Virus record (IMG/VR): IMGVR_UViG_3300032327_000460
Span: 1-64,000 of that record
Source: a virus
Taxonomy: Duplodnaviria > Caudoviricetes
Direction: 5' to 3' (one strand)
Length of the DNA stretch: 64,000 bases
Numbering within the stretch: the stretch's first letter is position 1; each line of letters starts with the position of its first letter. Below the pieces are notes generated by a model. That model had not been told where the DNA came from. It did no database searches and saw only the letters and a list, made by a program, of their open reading frames with translations. Positions 43,888 through 54,089 of the stretch are shown here, in pieces. A program made the position numbers and the translations under genes.

Positions 43888-45306
43888 TTACTTTTTAGGT
43901 GCAAATTTCTTCAATTGGGATGTAGTGAATTTTTGTGCAAGATAGACACCCCGAGTTCCATTTCGAACAAATTGAATGCCTGTTAAGGTAGTATCAGTTT
44001 TAGATACCGGAATAATTGCACCCACTTGATTATTAATCAATAATTGAGGAAACATAGTTTTGCCTTCAACCAAAGTAAATTTACCAGTACCATCATTTAT
44101 AAAAAATGTTGTACCCCAATTTTCTTCCTTAGTAGAAAAATAATGACCGATAATATCCATTTTACCATCTGAATTAATATCATATGGAATCAAATTAAAA
44201 TAATATCTATAACCAAAGTTATTGGATAATGATTGATCAGTTAATGAAAACTTATATCCATCATTATTAATTAATACTGAAAAGGCAGAATCTTCAGATG
44301 TTGTATTATTCGGAGGTGTTGATACTATGTGAGTATGTACTGAAAAAATATCCGGTTTTCCGTCATTATTTAAATCAACTGATATTGAATTTACCTCACT
44401 ACTGTGAATTATCTGGGTAGACCTGAGATTAGGAAAGTCAAATCCACCTTGTCCAAATGGTCCTGCAGGCAATGTATTAAGTGTATTGATATCTAGACCA
44501 TTTTTTGAACCATAAACTATGGCATGATTTCTACCAGTCCAATTACCACTGATTAATAAATCATCATATCCATCATTATTAAAATCCCTATTAATCATTG
44601 ATGTTTGTTTTTCTAAACTATTCTTTACCCATGTGCTTATAGGGTTGGGTGAAGTTTGAACCCCGTTGGTAAATGATAACAGCATAGAAGTGCCCGGAAC
44701 TACATTGCTTGCTTGTGCGGGCAATAATACTTTTGTAACACCGGTGCCATCAAAATTACCTACAGCAATTGCATAGGATCTAGATGTATTATCAGGTAAT
44801 TGATTAGTGATATTGGTAAATGTATTACCGTTGTTTATTGCCACACCGATTTTTGAACCAGTCCAGGGTGGTTCATCTAATCCAGCTTCGGCAGCAATGA
44901 TATCTTTTTTACCATCACCATTAATATCCACATAATGTATCCATGGTGAGTGCATAACAGTAGGTGCACCATTGGGGAAATATTGATTAGTTAAATCCAA
45001 TGAACCTGATTGATCGCCTAATACCGATAAAGGAATGGGTACTTGTGGATATGAAGTTACGGATAAAACAAATTCATTTTTACCGTCATTGTTTAAGTCT
45101 GCCAATTCACCGGATCTAAGATAATAAGCATTGTTAGCCCCATAAATGCTATAGTCAAATAATGATCTAGTAGAAGTAACAACATCATTAATAAACGGTG
45201 AAGTATCAACAACATTATCTGATGGCGAAGTAGTGCCACCTCCACCGCCACATCCAGTAATTAATACTGAGATGGCAATATATATGGCTCTTAATTTATA
45301 GGTCAT
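43888..45306 (-). CDS. FG-GAP/VCBS repeat lipoprotein
   Basis: lipobox ITGC; about six D-x-N-x-D-G repeats. Confidence 0.85.
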   Translation of the reverse strand: MTYKLRAIYIAISVLITGCGGGGGTTSPSDNVVDTSPFINDVVTSTRSLFDYSIYGANNAYYLRSGELADLNNDGKNEFVLSVTSYPQVPIPLSVLGDQSGSLDLTNQYFPNGAPTVMHSPWIHYVDINGDGKKDIIAAEAGLDEPPWTGSKIGVAINNGNTFTNITNQLPDNTSRSYAIAVGNFDGTGVTKVLLPAQASNVVPGTSMLLSFTNGVQTSPNPISTWVKNSLEKQTSMINRDFNNDGYDDLLISGNWTGRNHAIVYGSKNGLDINTLNTLPAGPFGQGGFDFPNLRSTQIIHSSEVNSISVDLNNDGKPDIFSVHTHIVSTPPNNTTSEDSAFSVLINNDGYKFSLTDQSLSNNFGYRYYFNLIPYDINSDGKMDIIGHYFSTKEENWGTTFFINDGTGKFTLVEGKTMFPQLLINNQVGAIIPVSKTDTTLTGIQFVRNGTRGVYLAQKFTTSQLKKFAPKK

Positions 45307-45315
45307 TGTTAATCC

Positions 45316-45594
45316 TTATATCAAGTCAACTTGGACTTGTTTGCCACGAATAGTAGCACCGAGACCAACTGGAGTGGGCTCATTGAATACTTTAGCATTA
45401 TAACGCATATGAGCCAGTTTAATCATAGCCTCCCAGCAAACGGTGCGGGCGGTTGTAGTAGCAAACATTTCTGTCATTTGCTGGATTGTCATATACATAC
45501 CAATATCGTTTTCGGAACCGTCACCCTTGAAAATGACACGGAATTTTTGAGAATTTTTGAAGCCATCGATGATAGTTTTTGTACGCATTTTCAA
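45316..45594 (-). CDS. Early hypothetical protein
   Basis: SD AAGGA. Confidence 0.7.
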   Translation of the reverse strand: MKMRTKTIIDGFKNSQKFRVIFKGDGSENDIGMYMTIQQMTEMFATTTARTVCWEAMIKLAHMRYNAKVFNEPTPVGLGATIRGKQVQVDLI

Positions 45595-45604
45595 GTCCTT
45601 TTCT

Positions 45605-45826
45605 TTACTGTCTAGATTCTATTGTAACAGAAACACCATTTATTGTCAAATTTTGGTCAAGTTTAATGTCTTCAACGTCTATTTCAACTTCCACGTCGGA
45701 GATGACATTGCTAAGGTTGGTGGACATATCAAAAGCCTCGTCCGCATCACCATAAATTTCTTCGATCAGGTCCTGCGCTTCGTTGAGCAAACCTAACAGT
45801 TCCTGGAGTTTTTCAACTTTAGTCAT
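45605..45826 (-). CDS. Acidic hypothetical protein whose C-terminus runs through the next promoter
   Basis: ORF. Confidence 0.6.
   Translation of the reverse strand: MTKVEKLQELLGLLNEAQDLIEEIYGDADEAFDMSTNLSNVISDVEVEIDVEDIKLDQNLTINGVSVTIESRQ
45621..45649 (-). promoter_or_regulatory. Early sigma70 promoter
   Basis: TTGACA-17-TACAAT. Confidence 0.85.
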
Positions 45827-45839
45827 TTAGTATTACCTT

Positions 45840-46055
45840 TTAGATGTAGAATTCAGTATCAAAATTTAAAGCGGTATAGACACATTCACGGACTGCGGTG
45901 TCCGTAGCCTCGCCAAAGTCTTCGGGGAAACGGTCAGTCAAACTACGGAGTTCAGCAAGAGTTTTGGGCCAGTCTAAATTGAGTACTTTTGCACTACGCA
46001 CAATTGCTTCAACTGCATCGTTACCAAAATCTGTGAACATTGAGTAGTTTGCCAT
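45840..46055 (-). CDS. Early hypothetical protein
   Basis: SD AAGGA. Confidence 0.7.
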   Translation of the reverse strand: MANYSMFTDFGNDAVEAIVRSAKVLNLDWPKTLAELRSLTDRFPEDFGEATDTAVRECVYTALNFDTEFYI

Positions 46056-46088
46056 TTTGTAGTCCTTTAGTTAACTGTCTATGTAATG

Positions 46089-46117
46089 ATTATATACCCA
46101 AAACCATTTATTGTCAA
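46089..46117 (-). promoter_or_regulatory. Early sigma70 promoter
   Basis: TTGACAATAAATGGTTTTGGGTATATAAT. Confidence 0.9.
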
Positions 46118-46329
46118 ATTTTGGCGTATTCGGGAACCGTTGATTCACGGGCGGCCAAAATGATATCACGGACACGTTCACGGTCTACGCTATCACCACA
46201 GAACTCCTCACCCTCGGCCAGACGACCTTTATAAAGTTGAGTAGCAAGACTAATTTGGGTACTATTAAAGCCCAACGGATAGATACCATTTGGACCGTAA
46301 AAATCAAGCATATATTGTGTGAAATTCAT
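46114..46329 (-). CDS. Early hypothetical protein
   Basis: start revised to ATG 46329 downstream of the promoter. Confidence 0.65.
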   Translation of the reverse strand: MNFTQYMLDFYGPNGIYPLGFNSTQISLATQLYKGRLAEGEEFCGDSVDRERVRDIILAARESTVPEYAKI

Positions 46330-46357
46330 ATAATCCCTTTCAACTGAATAAGACTCT

Positions 46358-46386
46358 ATTATATACCCAAAATCATTTATTGTCAA
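46358..46386 (-). promoter_or_regulatory. Early sigma70 promoter
   Basis: TTGACAATAAATGATTTTGGGTATATAAT. Confidence 0.9.
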
Positions 46387-46388
46387 AT

Positions 46389-46625
46389 TTAGGCTACTTT
46401 TTGATCCATCATTTCTGACAGGATGAACTTGGCAACGTTCATTTGTTTACGAACGTATTCAACTGAACGAGGGCCGGTGCCCATAGACAGCATTTCTTGG
46501 CAGTCACTCATGATTCCCATCACAACCATTTCAAGACCAGAACACTTAGCAGTAATACTTTCCATGTACTGTTCACGGATATCAGACTCAGACATACCAT
46601 AGCACTTGTTTTCAAATTCAGTCAT
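46389..46625 (-). CDS. Early hypothetical protein
   Basis: SD AAGGA before ATG 46625. Confidence 0.7.
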   Translation of the reverse strand: MTEFENKCYGMSESDIREQYMESITAKCSGLEMVVMGIMSDCQEMLSMGTGPRSVEYVRKQMNVAKFILSEMMDQKVA

Positions 46626-46655
46626 TTCAGTTCCTTTTATCAATACAATACATGT

Positions 46656-46684
46656 ATTATAAGCCCAAAACGATTTAATGTCAA
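46656..46684 (-). promoter_or_regulatory. Early sigma70 promoter
   Basis: TTGACA-17-TATAAT. Confidence 0.85.
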
Positions 46685-49551
46685 GTTTTGGAATACAACA
46701 GGATTTCTTCTTTGAGGTTGTTATTTTCTGAAATAGCGTCTATTACGTCAGAGAATTTTTGTTCCAATATTTCGGTAAATCTTTCTAAAACTTCTATTGA
46801 ATTTGATTTTTTACTTGTGCCACTAGTGGTAGCAGTAGACATATTACTAACTTTAGTCAAATCTGGTAATTCACTTTCAACTGATTTTTTCTGCACACTA
46901 GTAAACGATTCTCTCATCGATGTTAGTACATCATTTGCAGACATGGTGTTATTGTTTAATGCTACTGAATTTTTACCCGGTCCATTAAAGATTCCACCTT
47001 CAAGTGCTTTGTTAATTGGAACAGTATCTTTTGCAGATGCGTTTGGTGTTACGGGAGACGCACTAGCCTGCTGTTTGTTAAACTTCTCCATGATACTAGA
47101 AGGATATTGATTTCCGGATCTAATTGATGATCCTATTACAGCCATTTGTGCAGCACTTAGTGGCTTATCAGGGTGTACTGGCTCATTAGCAATTCTGAAA
47201 TCACCTATACCGGTTTCTATTGTTTTGGGTGTAATAGGTTCGGTAGATACGGGAGATACTGCAGCCGCAGATGCATTATCAATCGCTCTTATTGAGGCTT
47301 GAGATGTAGGTATAGTTGGTGCTGAAGGTGCCGATGCCATTGCGGGTGCTGCACCAGCCTTTCGTGCGTCTTCCATAGTCTTAAATACTTCTTTGCCAGC
47401 ACCACGCTGTTTTTTGTTTAACTCACGCAACTCATTTTGTTCTTTGAGCAAGGCTTCTCTCTTAGCCGCCATTGACTTCATTGATTCTTTATTAGCATTA
47501 TCCTCTGCTTTTTGTGCGTCTGCTTTTTGTTTCTCAGTAGCATTAGGATCAGATTTGGTTTGCGTATTAGTATCCATTGCGGCTTGTTGTTTATTCAATG
47601 CCGCTGTATCTGTTTGTTTAGATTTTTCTACTGAAGATCCTTGTGCCGCGCCAGTACCAGAAGTTTGACTGAATAATTTTACAGCTTCATTGAAAGCCTT
47701 AACTGATGAAGCCATTGCAAGGCCGGCGCCATCCATTGCTCTAGCAGCTTGATCCAGTGTCAGTCCGGTTTTCTGTTGAATCTGTGCTAATTCAACATTT
47801 TTCTTTAGAGCTTCATCGTTGGTCTTTATTTTTTCGTCTTGAATTTTCTTTTGATATTCTTCTATTGTTCCTTTGAATGTTCCCTTAGCTTTAGCATCTT
47901 CAAATTCTTGTTTAGTTTTTTCCGATCGTTTAGTTGCATCTATTGTAGCTACATAATCACCAACTTGTCCCGAAACATCACCGCCTATCGCTCTAGTTCC
48001 GGCTGTTCGTTTTAGTGATTCTTTAGCACTCTCAATACCAGCCTGATAAACAACTTCACCTGTTTTACCTTCACTAATAGCTTTAATAGCACCTGCACTA
48101 TTTTGCATTGCCATAGCTGAGTCAGCGTCAACTACATTTTTTCCTGCTGCATAATATTTGGCAACACCGGCTGCTTCTTTCTTTCTACCCTCGGCCATCA
48201 AGCGAGTAGAATATTTCATTGCAGCTTCTAATTCTGCTTGTCGTTTAGTGTCCCCTTTGCGTTCAGCTTCATACATAGCGGCACGCAATTCTTCGATTGC
48301 CATTACCTGCTTCTGTGCATCTTCTTGTTCTTTGCGACCTATACCAGTGACTGCGGCAATTCTATCTAATTCTTCCATGTAGGCAGCAGCACCTTTAACT
48401 AAATCTCCCTGTTGCTTGCCCTGCATCATACCCATGCGGGTCTGATTTGCCATGTACTTTAATGTATGTTCTCTTTGCTCGTCACTTGAAATACCAAGCA
48501 TCAATAACTTTTTGTTAAGTTCTTTTGCCGGCCCTTCAAGTCCTGTAATTCCATTTGCTACTTCTGCAAACTTATCTAAACCACTAGATGCTGTACCACC
48601 AAATAATGCTAAATCTTTTGATCCAGACACTAGTAGAGTGTTAAACTTCTCCATTTCAGCACTGGTTAAGTTTAACTTTTCTAATGTGTCACTAACACCA
48701 CTCATGCCTTTGCTAGTGGTTAATCCTACTTCACTTAATTTATTGAATGATTTGTATACTGTATCGTTATACTCTGCACCCATTTCAATGAGTTTAGTAG
48801 ACTTTTCTGTTGCAAAAGCAAATACAGTAAGTGCAGCTCCTAAAAGTTTACTAGCAATACCTAAACCAGGAATAAGCATCATGGCACCACCGATGCCATA
48901 TAGTGCTGTAGTTACGGACTCGTTGAAATCCTTGATAGCCTTAGCACCAACTTTTGCACCCCGCTCACCTTTGGACAACGAATCTGCCATCCCAAACGCA
49001 GCTTTAGAAACTCCACTAATAACCGCGGTAGCTGCGGTAAATCCCATAGCCATCCCGGTACTTTTACCGGTCATGTCAAATAGCTTCTCCTGCATCTCCC
49101 CCATGACGCCGTCAAAACTATTGACTTTGCCGGACACATTTCTAAATGCTTTTACCGGGTCTTTGGCGTATTCTGCTAATTCACGCTCTTTAGCAATACG
49201 CTTATCTAAAGTTTCTAATGATTGCTTATTTGCAATACTAAGTTCAGTTGTTGTTTTGACTAAGTTACCGTTTGCATCAATCTTATACTTGCGTAAGCGC
49301 AACTCATCCTCAAATAACTTCTTTTGTGATGAATCTTCTTGTTTGCTTCTGCTTGCTTTAGCCGCAGCGGCTGCAGCCGCCGCTTCCTCAGCATCGGCTC
49401 GTTTCTTACCTGATTCTTTTAATTTTTTATTTGCCTGAGCCTGCGGGCCCAGCATAGCCTGCATGGCCTCACCGGTATATCTTACTGTACCAGTAAGTTC
49501 GTTGAGTGATTCTGAAAGTTCTTGTAATTTACGCGGATCTAAATCATCCAT
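46681..49551 (-). CDS. Tape-measure-like alpha-helical virion protein (956 aa)
   Basis: Ala/Gly/Lys-rich amphipathic helices with a hydrophobic segment. Confidence 0.55.
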   Translation of the reverse strand: MDDLDPRKLQELSESLNELTGTVRYTGEAMQAMLGPQAQANKKLKESGKKRADAEEAAAAAAAAKASRSKQEDSSQKKLFEDELRLRKYKIDANGNLVKTTTELSIANKQSLETLDKRIAKERELAEYAKDPVKAFRNVSGKVNSFDGVMGEMQEKLFDMTGKSTGMAMGFTAATAVISGVSKAAFGMADSLSKGERGAKVGAKAIKDFNESVTTALYGIGGAMMLIPGLGIASKLLGAALTVFAFATEKSTKLIEMGAEYNDTVYKSFNKLSEVGLTTSKGMSGVSDTLEKLNLTSAEMEKFNTLLVSGSKDLALFGGTASSGLDKFAEVANGITGLEGPAKELNKKLLMLGISSDEQREHTLKYMANQTRMGMMQGKQQGDLVKGAAAYMEELDRIAAVTGIGRKEQEDAQKQVMAIEELRAAMYEAERKGDTKRQAELEAAMKYSTRLMAEGRKKEAAGVAKYYAAGKNVVDADSAMAMQNSAGAIKAISEGKTGEVVYQAGIESAKESLKRTAGTRAIGGDVSGQVGDYVATIDATKRSEKTKQEFEDAKAKGTFKGTIEEYQKKIQDEKIKTNDEALKKNVELAQIQQKTGLTLDQAARAMDGAGLAMASSVKAFNEAVKLFSQTSGTGAAQGSSVEKSKQTDTAALNKQQAAMDTNTQTKSDPNATEKQKADAQKAEDNANKESMKSMAAKREALLKEQNELRELNKKQRGAGKEVFKTMEDARKAGAAPAMASAPSAPTIPTSQASIRAIDNASAAAVSPVSTEPITPKTIETGIGDFRIANEPVHPDKPLSAAQMAVIGSSIRSGNQYPSSIMEKFNKQQASASPVTPNASAKDTVPINKALEGGIFNGPGKNSVALNNNTMSANDVLTSMRESFTSVQKKSVESELPDLTKVSNMSTATTSGTSKKSNSIEVLERFTEILEQKFSDVIDAISENNNLKEEILLYSKT

Positions 49552-49623
49552 GGTATACCCATCTATTAGTCATTGTGTATTTATGATTAGTAAATACTGT
49601 GCTAATAGATGGGTAAAGTGTGT

Positions 49624-50211
49624 TTAGATGCGTTTATCGATGATACTGTCGATTAAGCCATACTCAAGTGCTTGTTGCGCTGACATAAAATTATCACGCT
49701 CCATGTCTCGGGTCAATTCTTCAAACGTCTTACCTGCACTATTATGCTTCACGTAAATTTCAGTAAGGTTCTTTTTCATTGTTAGAATTTCTTCTACTTG
49801 AATTAACATATCAGTAGCTTGACCACGTGCACCGCCACTGGGTTGGTGAATCATATGACGGGCATTTGGTAACATCATGCGCTTTCCGATTGCACCGGCA
49901 GTTGCAAGTAAACTTCCCATGCTACAAGCTTGACCCATAACAATTGTTTGCACATCTGGTTTGATAAATTGCATACAATCATAAATTGCTAGACCAGCCG
50001 TTACACTACCGCCCGGGCTATTGATGTACATTGCAATATCTTTTTCACCTTCAGATTCCAAAAACAACAATTGAGCCACTACAAGATTTGCCATTTGATC
50101 ATGTACTTCACCCTCAAGCAAAATAACACGGTCACGCAATAGACGGCTGTAGATATCATAACTGCGCTCACCTTTAGCGGTTTGTTCGATGACGATTGGG
50201 ACTAAACTCAT
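49624..50211 (-). CDS. clpP: ATP-dependent Clp protease proteolytic subunit
   Basis: [33 protein letters not shown] (Ser-His-Asp intact). Confidence 0.97.
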   Translation of the reverse strand: MSLVPIVIEQTAKGERSYDIYSRLLRDRVILLEGEVHDQMANLVVAQLLFLESEGEKDIAMYINSPGGSVTAGLAIYDCMQFIKPDVQTIVMGQACSMGSLLATAGAIGKRMMLPNARHMIHQPSGGARGQATDMLIQVEEILTMKKNLTEIYVKHNSAGKTFEELTRDMERDNFMSAQQALEYGLIDSIIDKRI

Positions 50212-50236
50212 AAACTTCCTTTAGTAAAATAATACT

Positions 50237-50264
50237 ATTATACAGGAAGTTTATGTAATGTCAA
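50237..50264 (-). promoter_or_regulatory. sigma70 promoter for clpP
   Basis: TTGACA-16-TATAAT. Confidence 0.7.
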
Positions 50265-50276
50265 TTGATTTTGGTA

Positions 50277-51701
50277 TTAATCGGTAACCTTGAAACTTAA
50301 TCCAGCTTTACCGGGCTCGCCTGGTGAAATTTTTGTATGCAGTGCTACATTACCATCAACCTTACCCGGCCATAATACTTTGGTAGTTAATTTGCCACCA
50401 ATGATACGGGCAAAGATTTGAACAAAGTTCTCATCTAGTAATTCTAACACAGTTGTTCTAAAGTTTTTAATAATACCAGAATTGATAGTGTCTACTAAAT
50501 CTTTAGTTACTACATATACTAGTTTGCCGCCATCGGCACCTTTACTTGCTTGTATACTGGGAGCACTGATTAATGGTAAAAACTTTTTTGGAATAGGTGA
50601 TGTGTTCTTTGTTCTAATATTGTTCAATACTTGCTTAACATCTTCACTAGTGAAGGGTACTAATTTTCTATATTTTTCTGGCACAGCTTCTGGATAGTTA
50701 TTTGCAATCCAATTTATACCGGCAAAACCTTGTGCAGAAGTTGGGCTAACTTCAATTATATGATTAATAAAATCAAGACCATTTCCTCTTCTAATCTTAG
50801 ACTTACGCTTTTCTATAGAAGCTCTTAGTCCACCAAGACTTGGCGCGGCACCTGTAGCAGTACTTCCTTTTCCACCTTTGCTACTGATAATAATATTGTG
50901 GCCAGTTTCTGCATTTTGCACACCATAACTATCGCCTAGCGGTGAGTTTTGTTCTCCGGGGAAAATAAGAGATAAATTGCTAAAATCAGGTGATTTTAAG
51001 AAGTTTAAAAATGCAGCCTTTTTAGGGAAGTCTGCAATGTCTTTAACCATTGCTAATACACCCAAGTATTCACCTGCATCAATGGCTATTTTTCTTTGCA
51101 TTGATTCATCGTATTGTTTAATAATTGGCTCTTGGCCATTGTTCATATCAGTGGCAGCTTGTTTAATTGCTTTACCTAATTCGCCGGCCGAGTCAAGTAC
51201 TTTATTTGACATAATAACATCATACAAATTGCCTGCCTTGATTTCTTGATGTTTATCTAATGCTTTTTTAATTTCCTCATCAGTAGTCAACACTATCTTA
51301 TCTTTTGGCTTAGTTCCGGGCTTGTTAATAGGATCAGCAGTAATGCCAATACCCAATGGTTGTACATTAACATCACTTGTAGCTTGACCTTTTGCTGTTT
51401 GTAAGTCAGCTTTTTCTAATTTACTTACTGATACAGGGCCAACATCTTTCATATTGACAAAGATACTTGGTAAAGGTGCATTTGGTTCAAACTCTAAACG
51501 ATTTAATACGCCTTTAATAGTAGGAGCCAAACGCTCGTATTCACCCTTATCTGGATAATATTGATTACCTGCTTTATCGACAAAAGGCGTACCATCTTTT
51601 AATTTCTGAAGGAAGTTTTGTGGTCTCCACTTTAAGTGTCGAGGATCAAACAAAGTTCCAGGGGTTAGTGGTGATTCTGTTAAAAATTCTGTTGCTCTCA
51701 T
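50277..51701 (-). CDS. Hypothetical protein, possible PD-(D/E)xK-type nuclease fold
   Basis: GEYLG..PLGDSY..IIISSKGG. Confidence 0.4.
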   Translation of the reverse strand: MRATEFLTESPLTPGTLFDPRHLKWRPQNFLQKLKDGTPFVDKAGNQYYPDKGEYERLAPTIKGVLNRLEFEPNAPLPSIFVNMKDVGPVSVSKLEKADLQTAKGQATSDVNVQPLGIGITADPINKPGTKPKDKIVLTTDEEIKKALDKHQEIKAGNLYDVIMSNKVLDSAGELGKAIKQAATDMNNGQEPIIKQYDESMQRKIAIDAGEYLGVLAMVKDIADFPKKAAFLNFLKSPDFSNLSLIFPGEQNSPLGDSYGVQNAETGHNIIISSKGGKGSTATGAAPSLGGLRASIEKRKSKIRRGNGLDFINHIIEVSPTSAQGFAGINWIANNYPEAVPEKYRKLVPFTSEDVKQVLNNIRTKNTSPIPKKFLPLISAPSIQASKGADGGKLVYVVTKDLVDTINSGIIKNFRTTVLELLDENFVQIFARIIGGKLTTKVLWPGKVDGNVALHTKISPGEPGKAGLSFKVTD

Positions 51702-51731
51702 AATAATATACCTATAGAGTATTTATCAGAG

Positions 51732-52223
51732 TCAACACTTAAATAAGTTTTGATGTTTAAACCATCGTTTGCGACTATGTGCGCTTTTTAATGAAATTCC
51801 ATGTTTTGCTAACTTATCTCTAAACACAAAAAAACTAGGACCATGGCTCATGATAGGTTGTTTGCCTTTATTAAGTCGTTGTAATCCTTGAATGTCCCAT
51901 TGATATTGATGGCACATTTCATGCGCTAATATAGAAATTAGCCATTGCCTGCAATACCATTTATCCATCACTCGTATTTTGCAAAAACTTTTAGTCTTTG
52001 TGGGCATTTCGATAGAACCAAAACACATCCCCCAATATTTCCTACAACGAGGCATGACTTCTATTTCGGGCATTATTAACTTGTTGTTAAAAATAGTTTT
52101 GTTCAACATTTTGTACAATGCTATTACTTCGGCTTGGCTAGTTCTATAGCACAGTCGTTTTTGATATGTGATTGGAGGTAATTCCTCTCGCATAAGTTCT
52201 GCAATAGTAGTTTTGTTGAACAT
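51732..52223 (-). CDS. SprT-like zinc metalloprotease
   Basis: LAHEMCHQ..SHGPSF. Confidence 0.85.
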   Translation of the reverse strand: MFNKTTIAELMREELPPITYQKRLCYRTSQAEVIALYKMLNKTIFNNKLIMPEIEVMPRCRKYWGMCFGSIEMPTKTKSFCKIRVMDKWYCRQWLISILAHEMCHQYQWDIQGLQRLNKGKQPIMSHGPSFFVFRDKLAKHGISLKSAHSRKRWFKHQNLFKC

Positions 52224-52299
52224 ACTGTATTTAGTTTAAAATTTTTAAAAAAATATATAGATTTAAAAAAGGAGTTAAATATATTTTTAGGAGATAGAA

Positions 52300-52575
52300 A
52301 TGATAGACTTTATCAAACGTTTGTTAGGCTTTTCAGCTAAACCAGTAGAGGCGGCACCGTCTGCACCATACAAAGTACCTGAACCAGCTGCCACCACACC
52401 GATCCCATTGGTAGTAGAAGAAACCGCACCCGTGGTTACTGAAACAAAGCCTGCGGCTCGTGTTACTAAGCCAAAAGCTCCAGCTAAAGCAAAGGCCCCG
52501 GCTAAAGCTACAGCTCCAGCTAAAGCAAAGGCCCCGGCTAAGCCAAGAGCTACAAAAGCTAAACCAACAGCTTAA
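52300..52575 (+). CDS. Ala/Pro/Lys-rich histone-H1-like protein
   Basis: KAPAK repeats; 30-bp direct repeat at 52476-52505 and 52512-52541. Confidence 0.65.
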   Translation: MIDFIKRLLGFSAKPVEAAPSAPYKVPEPAATTPIPLVVEETAPVVTETKPAARVTKPKAPAKAKAPAKATAPAKAKAPAKPRATKAKPTA

Positions 52576-52580
52576 ATTTA

Positions 52581-53282
52581 ATGAATATAGGGTTTGATAT
52601 AATCAGCGATCTAAATATAGACGCTGAAGATGACTTTGCATGGGAAGGCAAAGCAACCAGCTTGTACCTAATTATAGCTGGCAATATCAGTAATGATTTG
52701 CGAGTCGTACATCAAACACTACTTCATATTAGTCGGTTTTATCAGGGTGTGTTTTACATTGACGGTTCATCTGAACATGAATCCATGCACTTTGTAAAAC
52801 ATCGCCATGATGAATTAAACAAGTTGTGCAAGACTATGAAAAATGTTGCATACTTACATAATCATGTTGTTGTCATCAACGGCATTGCAATATTAGGATG
52901 TAATGGTTGGTATGTAAATAAAATAGATTTAACTTCTGACTTAGAAAAAATACACCTACATGCTCAACACACAGAAAATATTCAATATCTAAAAAATAGT
53001 TTACAAAAACTTCAACTACACTTAGATGTAAAGAAAATAATGATAGTAACACATTCGGCACCTAGTCCCGAATTGTTTTTTGGTGAAGAGCCGCACAATA
53101 TATCAGAATATTTTGCGTTAAAAGACACATTACTTAGCGACACTGAAGGCAAAGTAAGTCATTGGATTTATGGGAGTTATCATAAAAATGTTGATACAAC
53201 TATAGACAATATTAATTATATCAATAATTCTTGTTTCGGCAAAGAACCTTATTGGCCTAAGCGCATAGATATAGAGATTTAA
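52581..53282 (+). CDS. Metallophosphoesterase-fold protein, degenerate motifs
   Basis: ISDLNID, AGNIS, VTHSAP, WIYGSYH. Confidence 0.7.
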   Translation: MNIGFDIISDLNIDAEDDFAWEGKATSLYLIIAGNISNDLRVVHQTLLHISRFYQGVFYIDGSSEHESMHFVKHRHDELNKLCKTMKNVAYLHNHVVVINGIAILGCNGWYVNKIDLTSDLEKIHLHAQHTENIQYLKNSLQKLQLHLDVKKIMIVTHSAPSPELFFGEEPHNISEYFALKDTLLSDTEGKVSHWIYGSYHKNVDTTIDNINYINNSCFGKEPYWPKRIDIEI

Positions 53283-53584
53283 GCTTCTGCTTCTACTTTG
53301 ATTTGTAGTGGGAAACCTTGACTACGTGCGTCTAATGTAACTTCAATGCCCTTTTGTTCGGCAATTTCATATGGCAACACAGCAACAATTGCACTGCCCT
53401 GATTATGAATATTATGAGTTAGTGATGTAGCAGTATCCTCGTTATAATTAAAATAACTAATCAAACTGTTTACTACAAAATTCATGCTGGTTACTTCATC
53501 ATTGATATAAATGATTTTATACAATGGAGGCTCTGTCAGAGCAAGATTAGGTTTGATTTTAATTTTAGTATCAGTTTTAGACAT
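53279..53584 (-). CDS. clpS: Clp protease adaptor ClpS
   Basis: PPLYKIIYINDE.TSMNFVV..H..GSA.V..IAEQK; start revised to 53584. Confidence 0.9.
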   Translation of the reverse strand: MSKTDTKIKIKPNLALTEPPLYKIIYINDEVTSMNFVVNSLISYFNYNEDTATSLTHNIHNQGSAIVAVLPYEIAEQKGIEVTLDARSQGFPLQIKVEAEA

Positions 53585-53645
53585 AATTTTCTTTGTTGAG
53601 GTGTGCGAGTTACCCCGCACACTTATTTATTGAAGTTCTATTATA

Positions 53646-54089
53646 TTACTTAGTGTAAGTAATTGCAATAGACTTGGGCTTTTGTTCTTCAGGAACTTTA
53701 CGTTCTAAACTGATAGTCAAAATACCATTTTCAGACTTGGCTCCTGCAACTTCAACATGGTCAGCTAATGTCCATGTTCGTGCGAAACTTCGTGCTGAGA
53801 TTCCACGATGTAGATATTCAATTTGATTATCTAAATCGACGGCTTGTTCGCCCTTAACAGTAAGTTGATTGCGCTCAACTTGGATGTTAATTTCACCATC
53901 TTTGAAGCCAGCAACAGCTAATTCAATAGCAAAATTGTCATCACCGTGTTTGACAATGTTGTATGGAGGATAGTTTGTGTTAGCTTGAGATGTTCGCAAT
54001 AGATCGTCAAACATGTTGTCGAATCCTACTGCAAATTTATGAATAGACGGAATGTCTAGGGAACGAAGGGTTAGTGTATTGTTTGTCAT
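53646..54089 (-). CDS. Small heat shock protein (Hsp20/IbpA family)
   Basis: YPPYNI..IELAVAGF..YLHRGI..F.RTW.L..NGIL. Confidence 0.96.
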   Translation of the reverse strand: MTNNTLTLRSLDIPSIHKFAVGFDNMFDDLLRTSQANTNYPPYNIVKHGDDNFAIELAVAGFKDGEINIQVERNQLTVKGEQAVDLDNQIEYLHRGISARSFARTWTLADHVEVAGAKSENGILTISLERKVPEEQKPKSIAITYTK

